This document shows, in pieces, positions 45,508 to 54,631 of a stretch of DNA of 64,000 nt. A program made the translations under genes and the position numbers. This DNA comes from Acidimicrobiaceae bacterium (lineage in GTDB: Bacteria > Actinomycetota > Acidimicrobiia > Acidimicrobiales > Aldehydirespiratoraceae). The stretch is taken from NCBI GenBank assembly GCA_026708645.1, contig JAPOUM010000032.1:1929-65928 (forward strand), given 5' to 3'. A model generated the notes under the pieces. It saw nothing but the letters and a program-made list of their open reading frames with translations, was not told the DNA's origin and ran no database searches. How positions within the stretch are numbered: position 1 is the stretch's first letter; the number at the start of each line of letters is the position of its first letter.

Positions 45508-46523
45508 CCATTGAGGCCGCCGGTTCGGCTGCGCCCGCCGTCGCGGTCGAGCCCGCCGGTTCGGCAGCATCTCAACTTCAGTCGCTGCCGGTTCCGTGTG
45601 CGGGGCCGTCAGTGCCGTCGTCACCGGCTGCCCCGGCATCGAAAACCACCAGATCGGCATCGGCGCCGCCCGAGATCCGGCTGCGGGGCGTGGGAGTGAA
45701 CCTGGACGGCGCCGACGTGCTGCGAGGAGTGGACTTCGAAGCAGCGGCAGGCGAGTGGATCAACATCGTCGGCGCCAACGGCGCAGGCAAGACTACGCTG
45801 CTGAGAGCCTTGCTGGGTCTCGTGTCTTACAGTGGCGACATCACCGTGGCCGGGCTTCAGGGTCGACGACACCGACGGCGTCGTGCGCGCAAGCTTGCAT
45901 ACGTGCCGCAGGCGCCGGTCGTTCCCCCGGGTATGCACGTCAGCGACTACGTGCTGTTGGGTCGAGTGCCGCATCGAGGCGTTTTCGCCGGCGAAACCCC
46001 TGAGGACGTCGGTGTCGTGATCGAGACCCTGGCACGTCTTGATTTGAGCGATTTTGCCGGTCGGACGGTTCAGTCGCTGTCGGGCGGTGAGCGCCAGCGG
46101 GTGGTGATCGCTCGGGCCTTGGCCCAGCAGGCTGATGTGCTGCTGCTAGACGAACCCACCACAGCGCTCGATCTCGGCCATCAGCAGGAAGTTCTCGAGT
46201 TGGTGCAAACGCTGCGCCTCGAGCGTGGCCTCACCGTGGTCGCCACACTGCACGACCTGACCTTGGCAGCCCGTTACGGTGACCGCGTCGCCATAATCTC
46301 AGACGGGAGCGTTGTTGCGACCGGCCCGCCCGCGGAGGTGTTGACCACTGACAACATCGCCGCTCACTTCGGGGCGACCGTGCGGATCATCGACGACCTC
46401 GAGGGTCCCGTGATCGTTCCGACAGCGGGTCTGCGCAGTGAACAGCCGGAGCATCGCCGGCCGGCGGCAGGCCGGTTGGAGTCCCACAGCGGAGGAAACC
46501 ATGAACAGAAGAGGAAACCATGA
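45504..46523 (+). CDS. ABC transporter ATP-binding protein (BtuD/FecE-like) with an N-terminal extension of about 60 aa
   Basis: GANGAGKTTLL, LSGGERQRV and LLLDEPT motifs. The GTG start overlaps the permease stop as GTGA. Confidence 0.85.
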   Translation: MTIEAAGSAAPAVAVEPAGSAASQLQSLPVPCAGPSVPSSPAAPASKTTRSASAPPEIRLRGVGVNLDGADVLRGVDFEAAAGEWINIVGANGAGKTTLLRALLGLVSYSGDITVAGLQGRRHRRRRARKLAYVPQAPVVPPGMHVSDYVLLGRVPHRGVFAGETPEDVGVVIETLARLDLSDFAGRTVQSLSGGERQRVVIARALAQQADVLLLDEPTTALDLGHQQEVLELVQTLRLERGLTVVATLHDLTLAARYGDRVAIISDGSVVATGPPAEVLTTDNIAAHFGATVRIIDDLEGPVIVPTAGLRSEQPEHRRPAAGRLESHSGGNHEQKRKP

Positions 46524-47179
46524 ACAAAATCAATCCTGACGACTCAGACACTCAGACCGCTCAGACTGCTCGGACCTTTGAAGCAGCTGACTCAGCGAGC
46601 ACTGCTGCCGGGACCATCGACACGCCGCCGGAGTCGGATCCGCGACCCGGCGGGATGTGCAACGCCAAGAGCTTGGTAGTGGTCAACACCGGTGACGGCA
46701 AAGGCAAGTCTTCGGCTGCGTTCGGCACGGTCCTGCGCGCCAAGGCCCGCGGTTGGCGGGTCGCCGTGGTGCAGTTCCTGAAGTCACCCGACTGGGTGAC
46801 CGGCGAGCAGTTGATGGCCGAGCCGCTGGGCGTCGATTTCTGGTCGCTGGGCGAGGGTTTCACTTGGGACAGTGACGACTTGACCCGTGACGAAGCCGAA
46901 GCCCGAGAGGCTTGGCGCCACGGCAAGGCTCTGGTGGAAGCGGGGGAGCATCGGCTGGTGGTGTTCGATGAGATCACCTACCCGTTGAACTGGGGCTGGA
47001 TCGACGAGGCCGAGGTGGAGGCGACGTTCCGCGACCGTCCCGAGCAGGTGTCGCTGGTGCTGACCGGGCGCGACGCTCCCGAATGGATGATCGAACTGGC
47101 CGACACCGCCACCGAGATGGTCAAAACCAAGCATGCCTATGAATCCGGGGTTCTGGCCAAAAAAGGCATCGACTACTGA
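46520..47179 (+). CDS. cobO: cob(I)yrinic acid a,c-diamide adenosyltransferase
   Basis: LVVVNTGDGKGKSSAAFG..RVAVVQFLK..LVVFDEITY pattern. ATGA overlap. Confidence 0.85.
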   Translation: MNKINPDDSDTQTAQTARTFEAADSASTAAGTIDTPPESDPRPGGMCNAKSLVVVNTGDGKGKSSAAFGTVLRAKARGWRVAVVQFLKSPDWVTGEQLMAEPLGVDFWSLGEGFTWDSDDLTRDEAEAREAWRHGKALVEAGEHRLVVFDEITYPLNWGWIDEAEVEATFRDRPEQVSLVLTGRDAPEWMIELADTATEMVKTKHAYESGVLAKKGIDY

Positions 47180-47188
47180 GAGGGCGCG

Positions 47189-47854
47189 ATGGTGCTCATG
47201 GTGCTCACCGGAGGCGTCCGCTCAGGCAAGTCGACTGCGGCGGTGAACGCAGCCGCGTCTCAGGGGGCGCCTGTGACGTTCGTCGCCACTGCCGAAACTG
47301 GCGACGACGAGATGGTCGAGCGCGTCGCCCGGCATCGGGCTGAGCGTCCATCGCATTGGGCCACCGTGGAGGCGCCGCACGATTTGGCCGCCGCCGTGGC
47401 CGATGTTGATCCGGCAGACACGATCGTGATTGATTGCCTGGCCGTCTGGGTGTCCAACCGGATGCTCTCACGACAAACCGCCAGTCAGACTATGGACGAG
47501 CGGTCAGCTGCCGAGCGGTCAGCTGCCGAGCGGTCAGCTGCCGAGCCGGCAGCCACACAACAAGCATCTGCTGAGCAGGTGTCTGCCGTGCGGGCGCCTG
47601 CCGAGCAGACGAATGCTGAAATCGTCGCGGAAGCTGCTGGGCTGGCACGAAGTCTGGCCGTTCGTCGTGGGCTGGCTGTGATCGTCACCAACGAGGTCGG
47701 CTCGGGAGTGGTGCCGCCCACACCTCTGGGGCGCGAGTTCCGCGATCTGCTGGGCTCGGTCAACCAGGCGGTGGTGCAAGCCGCCGACAGCGCCTATCTG
47801 GTGGTGGCCGGACGCTTGCTGGCCTTGGAGAAAGCGCTGGCAAGTGAGAGTTAG
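47189..47854 (+). CDS. cobU: adenosylcobinamide kinase / adenosylcobinamide-phosphate guanylyltransferase
   Basis: VLTGGVRSGKSTAA, HRAERPSHWATVE and VTNEVGSGVVP motifs. Carries an Ala/Glu/Ser-rich insert of about 40 aa. Confidence 0.85.
   Translation: MVLMVLTGGVRSGKSTAAVNAAASQGAPVTFVATAETGDDEMVERVARHRAERPSHWATVEAPHDLAAAVADVDPADTIVIDCLAVWVSNRMLSRQTASQTMDERSAAERSAAERSAAEPAATQQASAEQVSAVRAPAEQTNAEIVAEAAGLARSLAVRRGLAVIVTNEVGSGVVPPTPLGREFRDLLGSVNQAVVQAADSAYLVVAGRLLALEKALASES
47498..47542. repeat. 15-bp x3 perfect tandem repeat (gagcggtcagctgcc) inside cobU
   Basis: Read directly. Encodes ERSAA x3. Confidence 0.9.
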
Positions 47855-48113
47855 TCGCTTCGCAGCTGTGTATTCCCGCTGGAGTTCGCTGCGCTCACAG
47901 GCCGCTCGGGCCACGACTTCGCCTGCGTGTGAACGCTGTCGGCTCTCCTATCGGCTCGGCCTGTTGGTCGATCCTGTAGAAAGCTTGAGTTCGGTGTCGT
48001 CCGAGGCGCATATCGAAGAAGCCAAGCAAGGAAGGTGAAACAATGAAGGCGCCGAGTGGAAGACAGCAGCCGAGCCGCGCTTGCATGAGTCTGGCTTTGC
48101 TGCGGGCAGTGTC

Positions 48114-49151
48114 ATGAATGCAGCCGGCGGAGAGCAGCAGGCGTCTGCGCATTCGCCCGGTGGGTTGTTGGCGGCGCTGTTGCAAGGCCGTCATCCCCCG
48201 GATGCGGCGGCCAGCGCTGCGGTGGCGGACCGAGCCGCTGATGTGCTGCGCCCGCAAGGCGCTTTTGCGCGCCTCGATGCGGCGGCCGGGTGGTTGGCCG
48301 GCTGGCAGGGCGCCACCAGACCGCAGGTTCGGCAACCTCATGTGATCGTGTTCGCCGCCGACCACGGCGTGGCCGAAGACGGTGTCAGCGCGTATCCCCA
48401 AGAGGTGACCGCGTCCATAGCCGCCGCCATCGAAGCCGGCGTCGCCACGGTGTCGGTGCTGGCCCGCCAGGTCGGCGCAACCCTCGATCTGGTGGACGTG
48501 GGGATCGGCCGTCCCACCGCCAACATTCGGGTCAGCGACGCCATGAGCCTCGAAGAGTTCGATCTAGCGGTGGCGGCCGGCGCTGACGCGGTCGCTTCGG
48601 TCCAGGCCGATCTGCTGATAGTCGGCGAGATCGGCATCGCCAACACCACTGCGGCCGCAGCGGTCGCCGCAGCCGTGCTCGGCGGCTCGGCTTCTGATTG
48701 GGTCGGTCCCGGCAGCGGCGTTGCCGGCGCCGCCTTGGCCCACAAGTGCGATGTGGTGGCTGAAGCCCTCGAGCGGGTGGGAGCTGTCACGCCGTTGCAG
48801 GCTCTGCGCCGCCTCGGAGGCCGTGAACTGGCTGCCATGGCGGGCGCTGTAGCCGAAGCTCGGCGAAGGCGCCTGCCGGTGATCCTGGACGGGTTCATCG
48901 CCACCGCTGCGGTCGCGCCGTTGGCGGCGGCCGAACCCGGCAGTCTCGACCATTGCTTGGCGGGGCACTGCTCGGCTGAGCCGGGCCATCAGCGGGCGCT
49001 GCAGGCTCTGGGGCTCGATCCGTTGATGCGGCTCGATCTGCGGCTGGGCGAAGGTTCGGGCGCTCTGCTGGCTGTCCCCTTGGTCCGCATGGCGGCGGCT
49101 TGCGTGACCGAAGTGGCGACCTTCTCTGAGTGGGGGCTGGAGGCCGAGTGA
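48114..49151 (+). CDS. cobT: nicotinate-nucleotide--dimethylbenzimidazole phosphoribosyltransferase
   Basis: VIVFAADHGVAEDGVSAYPQEVT..GEIGIANTT..GEGSGA pattern. Start set at the ATG at 48114 (the ORF track begins at TTG 48081). Confidence 0.85.
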   Translation: MNAAGGEQQASAHSPGGLLAALLQGRHPPDAAASAAVADRAADVLRPQGAFARLDAAAGWLAGWQGATRPQVRQPHVIVFAADHGVAEDGVSAYPQEVTASIAAAIEAGVATVSVLARQVGATLDLVDVGIGRPTANIRVSDAMSLEEFDLAVAAGADAVASVQADLLIVGEIGIANTTAAAAVAAAVLGGSASDWVGPGSGVAGAALAHKCDVVAEALERVGAVTPLQALRRLGGRELAAMAGAVAEARRRRLPVILDGFIATAAVAPLAAAEPGSLDHCLAGHCSAEPGHQRALQALGLDPLMRLDLRLGEGSGALLAVPLVRMAAACVTEVATFSEWGLEAE

Positions 49152-49208
49152 CCAGGAGAGCCGACAGTGTCGCCACAAGTCGAGGCCGTGACCCGAGCGG
49201 CCCCAAGC

Positions 49209-49409
49209 CGCCGCGAACACGAGCCGCAGTGACGCCGCTGCGCCTGCCAGCGCACCCCGAGCCACCGGGGCGCGCCTCAGGCCGCAGCGAACACAAGCTG
49301 CAATGACGCCATCGCGACGCTACGAACTCGTCTCGCCGATCTCCAGTCCGTCCGGCACTGTGATCGGCGCTGCAATGATGCCTTCGCGACGCGACGAACT
49401 CGCCTGCGC
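49209..49409. repeat. three imperfect direct repeats spaced about 72-74 nt apart in the cobT-cobS gap
   Basis: gcgaacacgagccgcagtgacgcc (49212) and gcgaacacaagctgcaatgacgcc (49286). gctgcaatgacgccatcgcgacgctacgaactcg (49297) and gctgcaatgatgccttcgcgacgcgacgaactcg (49369). Confidence 0.7.
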
Positions 49410-49427
49410 GCGCTCGCTTTCAGGTAG

Positions 49428-50174
49428 GTGAGCTTGCGGGCCGCCTGGGCTTTCTTGACGAGGCTGCCCGGCGGGACGCACCCCCGAAACGACCGGGAAC
49501 TGGGCCGCAGCGTCTGCTGGTTCCCGCTGGTGGGCGTAGTGATCGGAGCATTCTCGGGCGCTGTCTACTGGTGGCTGCACGGCCCGCTGGGCGCCGCGCT
49601 GTCGGCGTCGGCGGCGGTGGCTGCGAGCGTCGTCGTCACCGGCGCCTTCCACGAGGACGGTCTAGCTGACACGGCCGACGCTCTGGGCGGTGTCACCCGT
49701 GAGCAGCGCCTCGAGATCATGAAAGACTCGAGGGTGGGCACTTTCGGTGTGCTGGCGCTGGTGCTGACGGTGCTGGTGCGAGTGTTCGCTGTGTCGTCGC
49801 TGGCGCCGCTGGACGGTTTGGCGGCGTTGCTGCTGGCTCACATGCTGGGGCGTGCCATGGCTGTGGCGGCCATGGCGACGATGCCCGCGGTGTCAGGCGC
49901 CGGCCTCGGCCACAGCTACACGACCCATCTCTGTCGGGTGCGGACTGCGGTGTCGGTGGCGGTGTCGTGTGCGGCTGCTGCCGGTCTGGGAGTGCCGGGA
50001 GCGGCGGGGCTGGCGGTCGCTGCCGTGGCGACGGTTCTGGTGCTGACGGTGGCTCGGCGAGCCTTCGGCGGCATCACCGGCGACGTCCTGGGCGCGGTCG
50101 AGCAGGCCGGCGAGGTGGCTGTGCTGGTCGCCGCGGCAAGCCTCGCCGAAACCCAAGCCTGGACCTGGCTTTGA
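49428..50174 (+). CDS. cobS: adenosylcobinamide-GDP ribazoletransferase
   Basis: AWAFLTRLPGG..GAFHEDGLADTADALGG pattern. Multi-pass membrane protein. GTG start. Confidence 0.85.
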   Translation: MSLRAAWAFLTRLPGGTHPRNDRELGRSVCWFPLVGVVIGAFSGAVYWWLHGPLGAALSASAAVAASVVVTGAFHEDGLADTADALGGVTREQRLEIMKDSRVGTFGVLALVLTVLVRVFAVSSLAPLDGLAALLLAHMLGRAMAVAAMATMPAVSGAGLGHSYTTHLCRVRTAVSVAVSCAAAAGLGVPGAAGLAVAAVATVLVLTVARRAFGGITGDVLGAVEQAGEVAVLVAAASLAETQAWTWL

Positions 50175-50324
50175 CGGTCGATCTCTTGGTGCCACAGTCC
50201 CTAGAGTCATCGGATGCCGACAGATGGGGATAGTTGCGTGCCTGACTTGCTTCGAAGTAGCGTAATTGCATGCTTCCAAGACAATCGGAGGAAGCATCAT
50301 GAGGACCCTCCCGTGTAGTGGCAC

Positions 50325-51155
50325 ATGGCTGACGAAGTAGCACTACCCGAATATGAAAGGCCGCCGGTCGTTGAGGTGGCCCTAGCTGTCGAGTTCGAGC
50401 AGGCTGTCAGGTTCCGCACTCTTGATCTCGGTCGGCTGGCCGCCGAGTGGGCCGGCTCGCTGCCGAAGGCTGACGAGCGGCCGCCGTTGCCGCGCATGGA
50501 TTGGCCCGGCGACGATCTAGTCGAAAGTCTCTTAGATGATCTGTTCGACAACGCGGAGCGGGTGGTGCCCCCTCGCCTCTGGCTTCAGAACGACGCAGGC
50601 GATCAAGTAGTGCAGATTCAGCAGGACAGGCTCGTAGTGAACTGGCGTAAGGAAGGATCCGGCGCGTATCCGCGGTACAAGGTCGTACGCGAACGACTGC
50701 AGGATGCGTGGCAACGGCTGGAGCGCGTCTGTGGTGACTTGGGCCATGACGAACCGACTCCCGACATGTGTGAGATACAATATATCAACAACATTGGAAT
50801 AGATGAAGGTTGGCAGTCATCCCAAGATACAGCAAGATTGCTAGTTCCCTGGCGAGGCGTTAGCGACAACAGCTTCATTCCCGCAAAACATTTATGCCAA
50901 TTCAGTTTACATTGCCTCTTCCCAGAAGATCGGGAAGGTTAGCTGAATGTGGACAGCTGGACAACATCGGAACCTGAAAAAGATAATATAAATGCAACGA
51001 GCATGATGTTGAACCTGACAGCTAGGGGTCATGCACTGTCCAATGATCTGGAGAGCGCTTTGGATTTCTTTGATGTTGCTCATCGCTGGATTGTCCTAGG
51101 CTTTACAGCAGTCACTTCTTCAGAAGCACATAGTATCTGGGGACGCCTACAATGA
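50325..51155 (+). pseudogene. TIGR04255-like protein interrupted by one in-frame TAG (50940-50942)
   Basis: ORFs 50325..50942 and 50949..51155 are in the same frame and separated only by the TAG. The N-terminus LPEYERPPVVEVALAVEF and the C-terminus LNLTARG...LDFFDVAHRWIVLGFTAVTS fit my recollection of the TIGR04255 family pattern across the stop. Confidence 0.5.
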
Positions 51156-51673
51156 CTCTTATACATCAGACTAGCCCAATAGCGACAAACGTTAAACCGT
51201 GGAACTCTCGTATAATAGGAGTATCAGAGACTGTATCGCAATCAGCAACATCTCACTCATTGCCTGTCCGCATTAAGCCGCCGTGGTCTTCTGGTCTCAT
51301 TTTTCAAGAACTTCTAGCGCAGCCATGGTTTTTGAATGTATATGAACGGCTCCGGCGGTTCATGTCATATGACAGAAATTGGAACGGATACGGCGAAGAA
51401 GCCATCAGTCAGCGGGCTGTAGTTCGCACTCTGGTTGTTCTCTACCGAGTTGCTCTTGGAGGGCCAGAACCTGTAGTCGTTCCTATGTCACATGGCGGCA
51501 TACAAGTAGAGTGGTATTACTCTGGAACAGAGATCGAAATTGATGTGCCGCCTTCTGGTCCATATTCTCTTCTCATTGTGCATCCAGACGGCAAGTTCGA
51601 TGAGAAAGTGGTGGATGATTTGGAAGATCCCATTTGGGTGCGTCTCAATCCTGTAATTTTAGGATTGCAATAG
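51152..51673 (+). CDS. hypothetical protein, translationally coupled partner of the TIGR04255-like gene
   Basis: ATGA overlap at 51152-51155. Low GC. YDRNWNGYGEEAIS...PMSHGGIQVEWYYSGTEIEIDV. No family name recalled with confidence. Confidence 0.55.
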   Translation: MTLIHQTSPIATNVKPWNSRIIGVSETVSQSATSHSLPVRIKPPWSSGLIFQELLAQPWFLNVYERLRRFMSYDRNWNGYGEEAISQRAVVRTLVVLYRVALGGPEPVVVPMSHGGIQVEWYYSGTEIEIDVPPSGPYSLLIVHPDGKFDEKVVDDLEDPIWVRLNPVILGLQ

Positions 51674-51888
51674 CTGGTGATGCATGGCACGCTATCAGGT
51701 AGAGCGCGGCGAAGAATTATGGCGTAGAGTGCATCCAGATCCGGCGTGAAGAGGCTGTAGTGCGTCTGCTTCTCCCTGACGAGCGCCTCGTCGCCGACCG
51801 GATCGAGGGAGCGAGCAGGGGGGTGGGCTTGTGATTTTCGGGTGGGTGGTAGTCTCGTTGGGCAGGCTCGAACAGGCAGGAGGCAGCT

Positions 51889-52671
51889 TTGCGGAGCCAT
51901 GAAATCGACTATCGGATCTACGGTGACGACATGCAGTTCGTCGAGGTCGAGCTCGACCCCGGCGAGGTGGTCGTGGCCGAGGCTGGCGCCATGATGTACA
52001 TGGAGCAGGGCGTCACCTTCGAGGCCAAGATGGGCGACGGCTCCGACCCAGACCAGGGCACCTGGGGCAAGCTCAAGTCCGCGGCGAAGCGGGGCATCAC
52101 CGGCGAGGGCCTGTTCATGACGCATTTTCGCAACAGCGCCCCCCAAGGCAAGCAGAGGGTGGCCATGGCAGCGCCGTATCCCGGCAAGATCCTGGCGGTG
52201 AACCTGGCCCAGGCTGGCGGCCGGCTGCTGGCCCAGAAGGACGCCTTCCTGTGCGCCGCGTCGGGGACGAAGCTCGACATCGCCTTCAACCGCAAGCTCG
52301 GCACCGGGATCTTCGGCGGGGAAGGCTTCATCCTGCAGTCGATCTCGGGGGACGGACTGGCTTTCATGCACGCCGGCGGGACCATCATCGAGAAGCATCT
52401 TCAGGGCGAGACGCTGCGCATAGACACCGGCTGCATCGTGGCGTTCCAGCCGCAGATCCAATATTCGATAGAGAGAGCCGGGAACCTCAAGTCGATGGTG
52501 TTCGGAGGCGAGGGGCTCTTCTTGGCGACGCTCAGCGGCACGGGCCGGGTGTGGCTGCAGTCACTGCCGTTCAATCGCATCGCTGACCGGGTGATCGCCA
52601 ACCTGAGACACGGCGGCTCGCAGGACGAAGGCTCGTTGGCGGGCGGCCTCTCGTCGATCTTCTCTCGCTGA
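51889..52671 (+). CDS. AIM24 / TIGR00266-family protein
   Basis: [77 protein letters not shown] start with GGAGG upstream. Confidence 0.8.
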   Translation: MRSHEIDYRIYGDDMQFVEVELDPGEVVVAEAGAMMYMEQGVTFEAKMGDGSDPDQGTWGKLKSAAKRGITGEGLFMTHFRNSAPQGKQRVAMAAPYPGKILAVNLAQAGGRLLAQKDAFLCAASGTKLDIAFNRKLGTGIFGGEGFILQSISGDGLAFMHAGGTIIEKHLQGETLRIDTGCIVAFQPQIQYSIERAGNLKSMVFGGEGLFLATLSGTGRVWLQSLPFNRIADRVIANLRHGGSQDEGSLAGGLSSIFSR

Positions 52672-52701
52672 GCCTCCCCGCCGCCCGGCCGTGCCGGCGT
52701 T

Positions 52702-53511
52702 TCAGACGATGGCGATGTCGAATGCTCCCAGCGTGTTGAAATCGAATCGGAAATCGTCGCCTGGTGACACTGTCATCGGCCGGGTGAACGAGCCCGACAG
52801 GATCAACTGCCCGGCCTCCAGCTTCAGGCCGCGTTCGGCGTAGCGTCGGGCCAGCCACACGATGCCGTTCGCGGGATGGCCGAGCACTCCGGCGGCCAGC
52901 CCGGTCTCTTCTGCTGCGCCGTTGCGGTAGGCGACAGCGCCCACCCAGCGCAGATCCGTCCGTCGCGGCGCCAGCGGCTCGCCTCCGGTGACGACGCCAG
53001 CGTCGGCGGCGTTGTCGGCGATGGTGTCGACCACGGTGCGGGTGCGCCCGCTGACCGGGTCGGTGCGAGGGGTCCGGGCCGCGATCAACTCCACCGCCGC
53101 GGTCACGTGATCGGTGGCGTCCAAGACTTCGTCGATGCTCAAGTCGCCGCCTGCCAGGTCGTCGGCGAGCACGAAGGCCAGCTCCACCTCCAAGCGCAGG
53201 TCGCAGAAGTCGGCCGCCGTGACCGGTTGATCCGCGGCGAAGACCATCGCGTCGGTCAAGAACCCCGAGTCGGGAGTGGTGATGTTCATGGCCTGCTGCA
53301 TGGCTCGGCTGGTGAGGCCGATCTTGTGGCCGATCACTTTCTCGCCGCGGTCGACGCGGATATCCAGCCAAGCGGCCTGAACCCGGTAGGCGTCGTCGAC
53401 GGTCATCTGCGGGTGGACACTGGTGGTTTGCCGCACCTGCCGCCGCTCGCGCTCAGCAAGGTCGAGCAACTCCGCCTCACCCAGAATTTCTTTTTCAGTA
53501 ATACAGTTCAA
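52702..53511 (-). CDS. hpaH: 2-oxo-hept-4-ene-1,7-dioate hydratase (HpaH/HpcG-like)
   Basis: LDLAERERRQVRQ..TVDDAYRVQAAW..GHKIGLTSRAMQ..GSFTRP aligns with E. coli HpaH as I recall it. Start placed at the in-frame TTG at 53511 by length comparison (the ORF track ATG is at 53634). Confidence 0.75.
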   Translation of the reverse strand: MNCITEKEILGEAELLDLAERERRQVRQTTSVHPQMTVDDAYRVQAAWLDIRVDRGEKVIGHKIGLTSRAMQQAMNITTPDSGFLTDAMVFAADQPVTAADFCDLRLEVELAFVLADDLAGGDLSIDEVLDATDHVTAAVELIAARTPRTDPVSGRTRTVVDTIADNAADAGVVTGGEPLAPRRTDLRWVGAVAYRNGAAEETGLAAGVLGHPANGIVWLARRYAERGLKLEAGQLILSGSFTRPMTVSPGDDFRFDFNTLGAFDIAIV

Positions 53512-53641
53512 TAGACGATCATCTCGAGGGTTGCGCGCAGCTTGGCATTGAGCCTGTTGCGCCTTCGGGCATGCCACAGAAGACCGGTGCAACGTGATCT
53601 GACCGGGTGAAGCGATCCAACAGCGATCCAACACACGCGGG

Positions 53642-54631
53642 TCACGGGATCAGCAGGATCTTGCCTGCGAGGCTGCGGCCTTGCAGCAGGCGGTGTGCCT
53701 CGGCTGCTTCGGCCAGCGGCAGCCGCGCCGCGATCCGCACCTCGAGACGACCGTCGGCGATCCAGCCGAACACTTCGCCAGCGCGTGAGTCGAGTTCTTC
53801 GCGGCTCGCCAAGTAATCCCAGAGCTTCGGACGGGTCAACCACAGCGACTTGCCCATCAGATGCAACGGAGCTTGCGGCGCCACAGCCCCCGAGGCGTTG
53901 CCGAAGGTCACCATGGCACCGCGCGGGCGCAGCAGCTTGAGGCTGTCTTCATAGACGGCGGCGCCGACCCCGTCGTAAACCACGTCTATGGCGTCGGCGC
54001 CGACCGCGGCCTCCACCCCGGAAACCAGGTCAGTGGTCGTGTAGTTGACGACATGGTCGGCCCCGGCGCTTCGAGCCAACTCGACTTTGGCGTCCGAGCC
54101 GACCGTCGCCACAACTTCGGCGCCGCGGATCTTGGCCATCTGCACGATCAGGCGTCCCGTGCCGCCGGCGCCGGCATGCACTAGGCAGCGGTCGCCGGGC
54201 TTGAGCGGCGGGCAGTCGGTCACCAGATAATGGGCGGTGAGGCCCTGCACTCCCGCCGCGGCGGCCGTCTCCAGGGCCACCCCGTCGGGCACCTTGAATG
54301 CCGCTGCCGCGTTCACTGCGACCCTTTGTGCGTATGAGCCCGCAGCGCCCGCCCAGCCCACACGGTCTCCGGGCTCGAAACCGCTGACGCCTGCGCCGAC
54401 TCGCAGCACCGCGCCGGCGCCCTCCTGGCCCAGCACCAGAGGCAGAGCCAAGTCGTAGAGGCCCGAACGGTGATAGGTGTCTATGAAGTTGACTCCGGCG
54501 GCGGCCACCTGCACAGTGATCTGGCCTTCGCCCGCCGTCGGCTCGGCGATCCGCACGAGCCGCATCACCTCGGGGTCGCCGGTCTCGGCGATCTGTATCC
54601 CTGCGTTGTTTGTGTCTGAATGCGCGGTCAT
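53642..54631 (-). CDS. qor: NADPH:quinone oxidoreductase (MDR/zeta-crystallin family)
   Basis: AAGVNFIDTYHRSGLY..LVHAGAGGTGRLIVQMAK pattern. The start overlaps the vapC stop as ATGA. Confidence 0.85.
   Translation of the reverse strand: MTAHSDTNNAGIQIAETGDPEVMRLVRIAEPTAGEGQITVQVAAAGVNFIDTYHRSGLYDLALPLVLGQEGAGAVLRVGAGVSGFEPGDRVGWAGAAGSYAQRVAVNAAAAFKVPDGVALETAAAAGVQGLTAHYLVTDCPPLKPGDRCLVHAGAGGTGRLIVQMAKIRGAEVVATVGSDAKVELARSAGADHVVNYTTTDLVSGVEAAVGADAIDVVYDGVGAAVYEDSLKLLRPRGAMVTFGNASGAVAPQAPLHLMGKSLWLTRPKLWDYLASREELDSRAGEVFGWIADGRLEVRIAARLPLAEAAEAHRLLQGRSLAGKILLIP

Noticed and set aside
46493-46526. Duplicated aggaaaccatgaaca (46493-46507 and 46512-46526) suggesting two alternative cobO starts.
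   Set aside because: The first ATG (46501) opens only a 12-codon frame ending at a TGA. The second (46520) opens the full cobO ORF. This is probably a slippage duplicate of the RBS/start region with no separate product.
47854-48114. A second cobalamin riboswitch in the cobU-cobT gap (aaggaaggtgaaacaatgaagg...).
   Set aside because: There is only a weak resemblance to the GGTG.AA core. No GCCACTG-type element or B12 box could be found.
51674-51888. A minus-strand peptide-like stretch (..LVREKQTHYSLFTPDLDALYAIILRRALPDS..) at the right edge of the low-GC islet, as a possible gene remnant marking the islet boundary.
   Set aside because: It is part of a long antisense ORF (51517..52461) with no recognisable family motif, start or RBS. 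The evidence is insufficient to call it.
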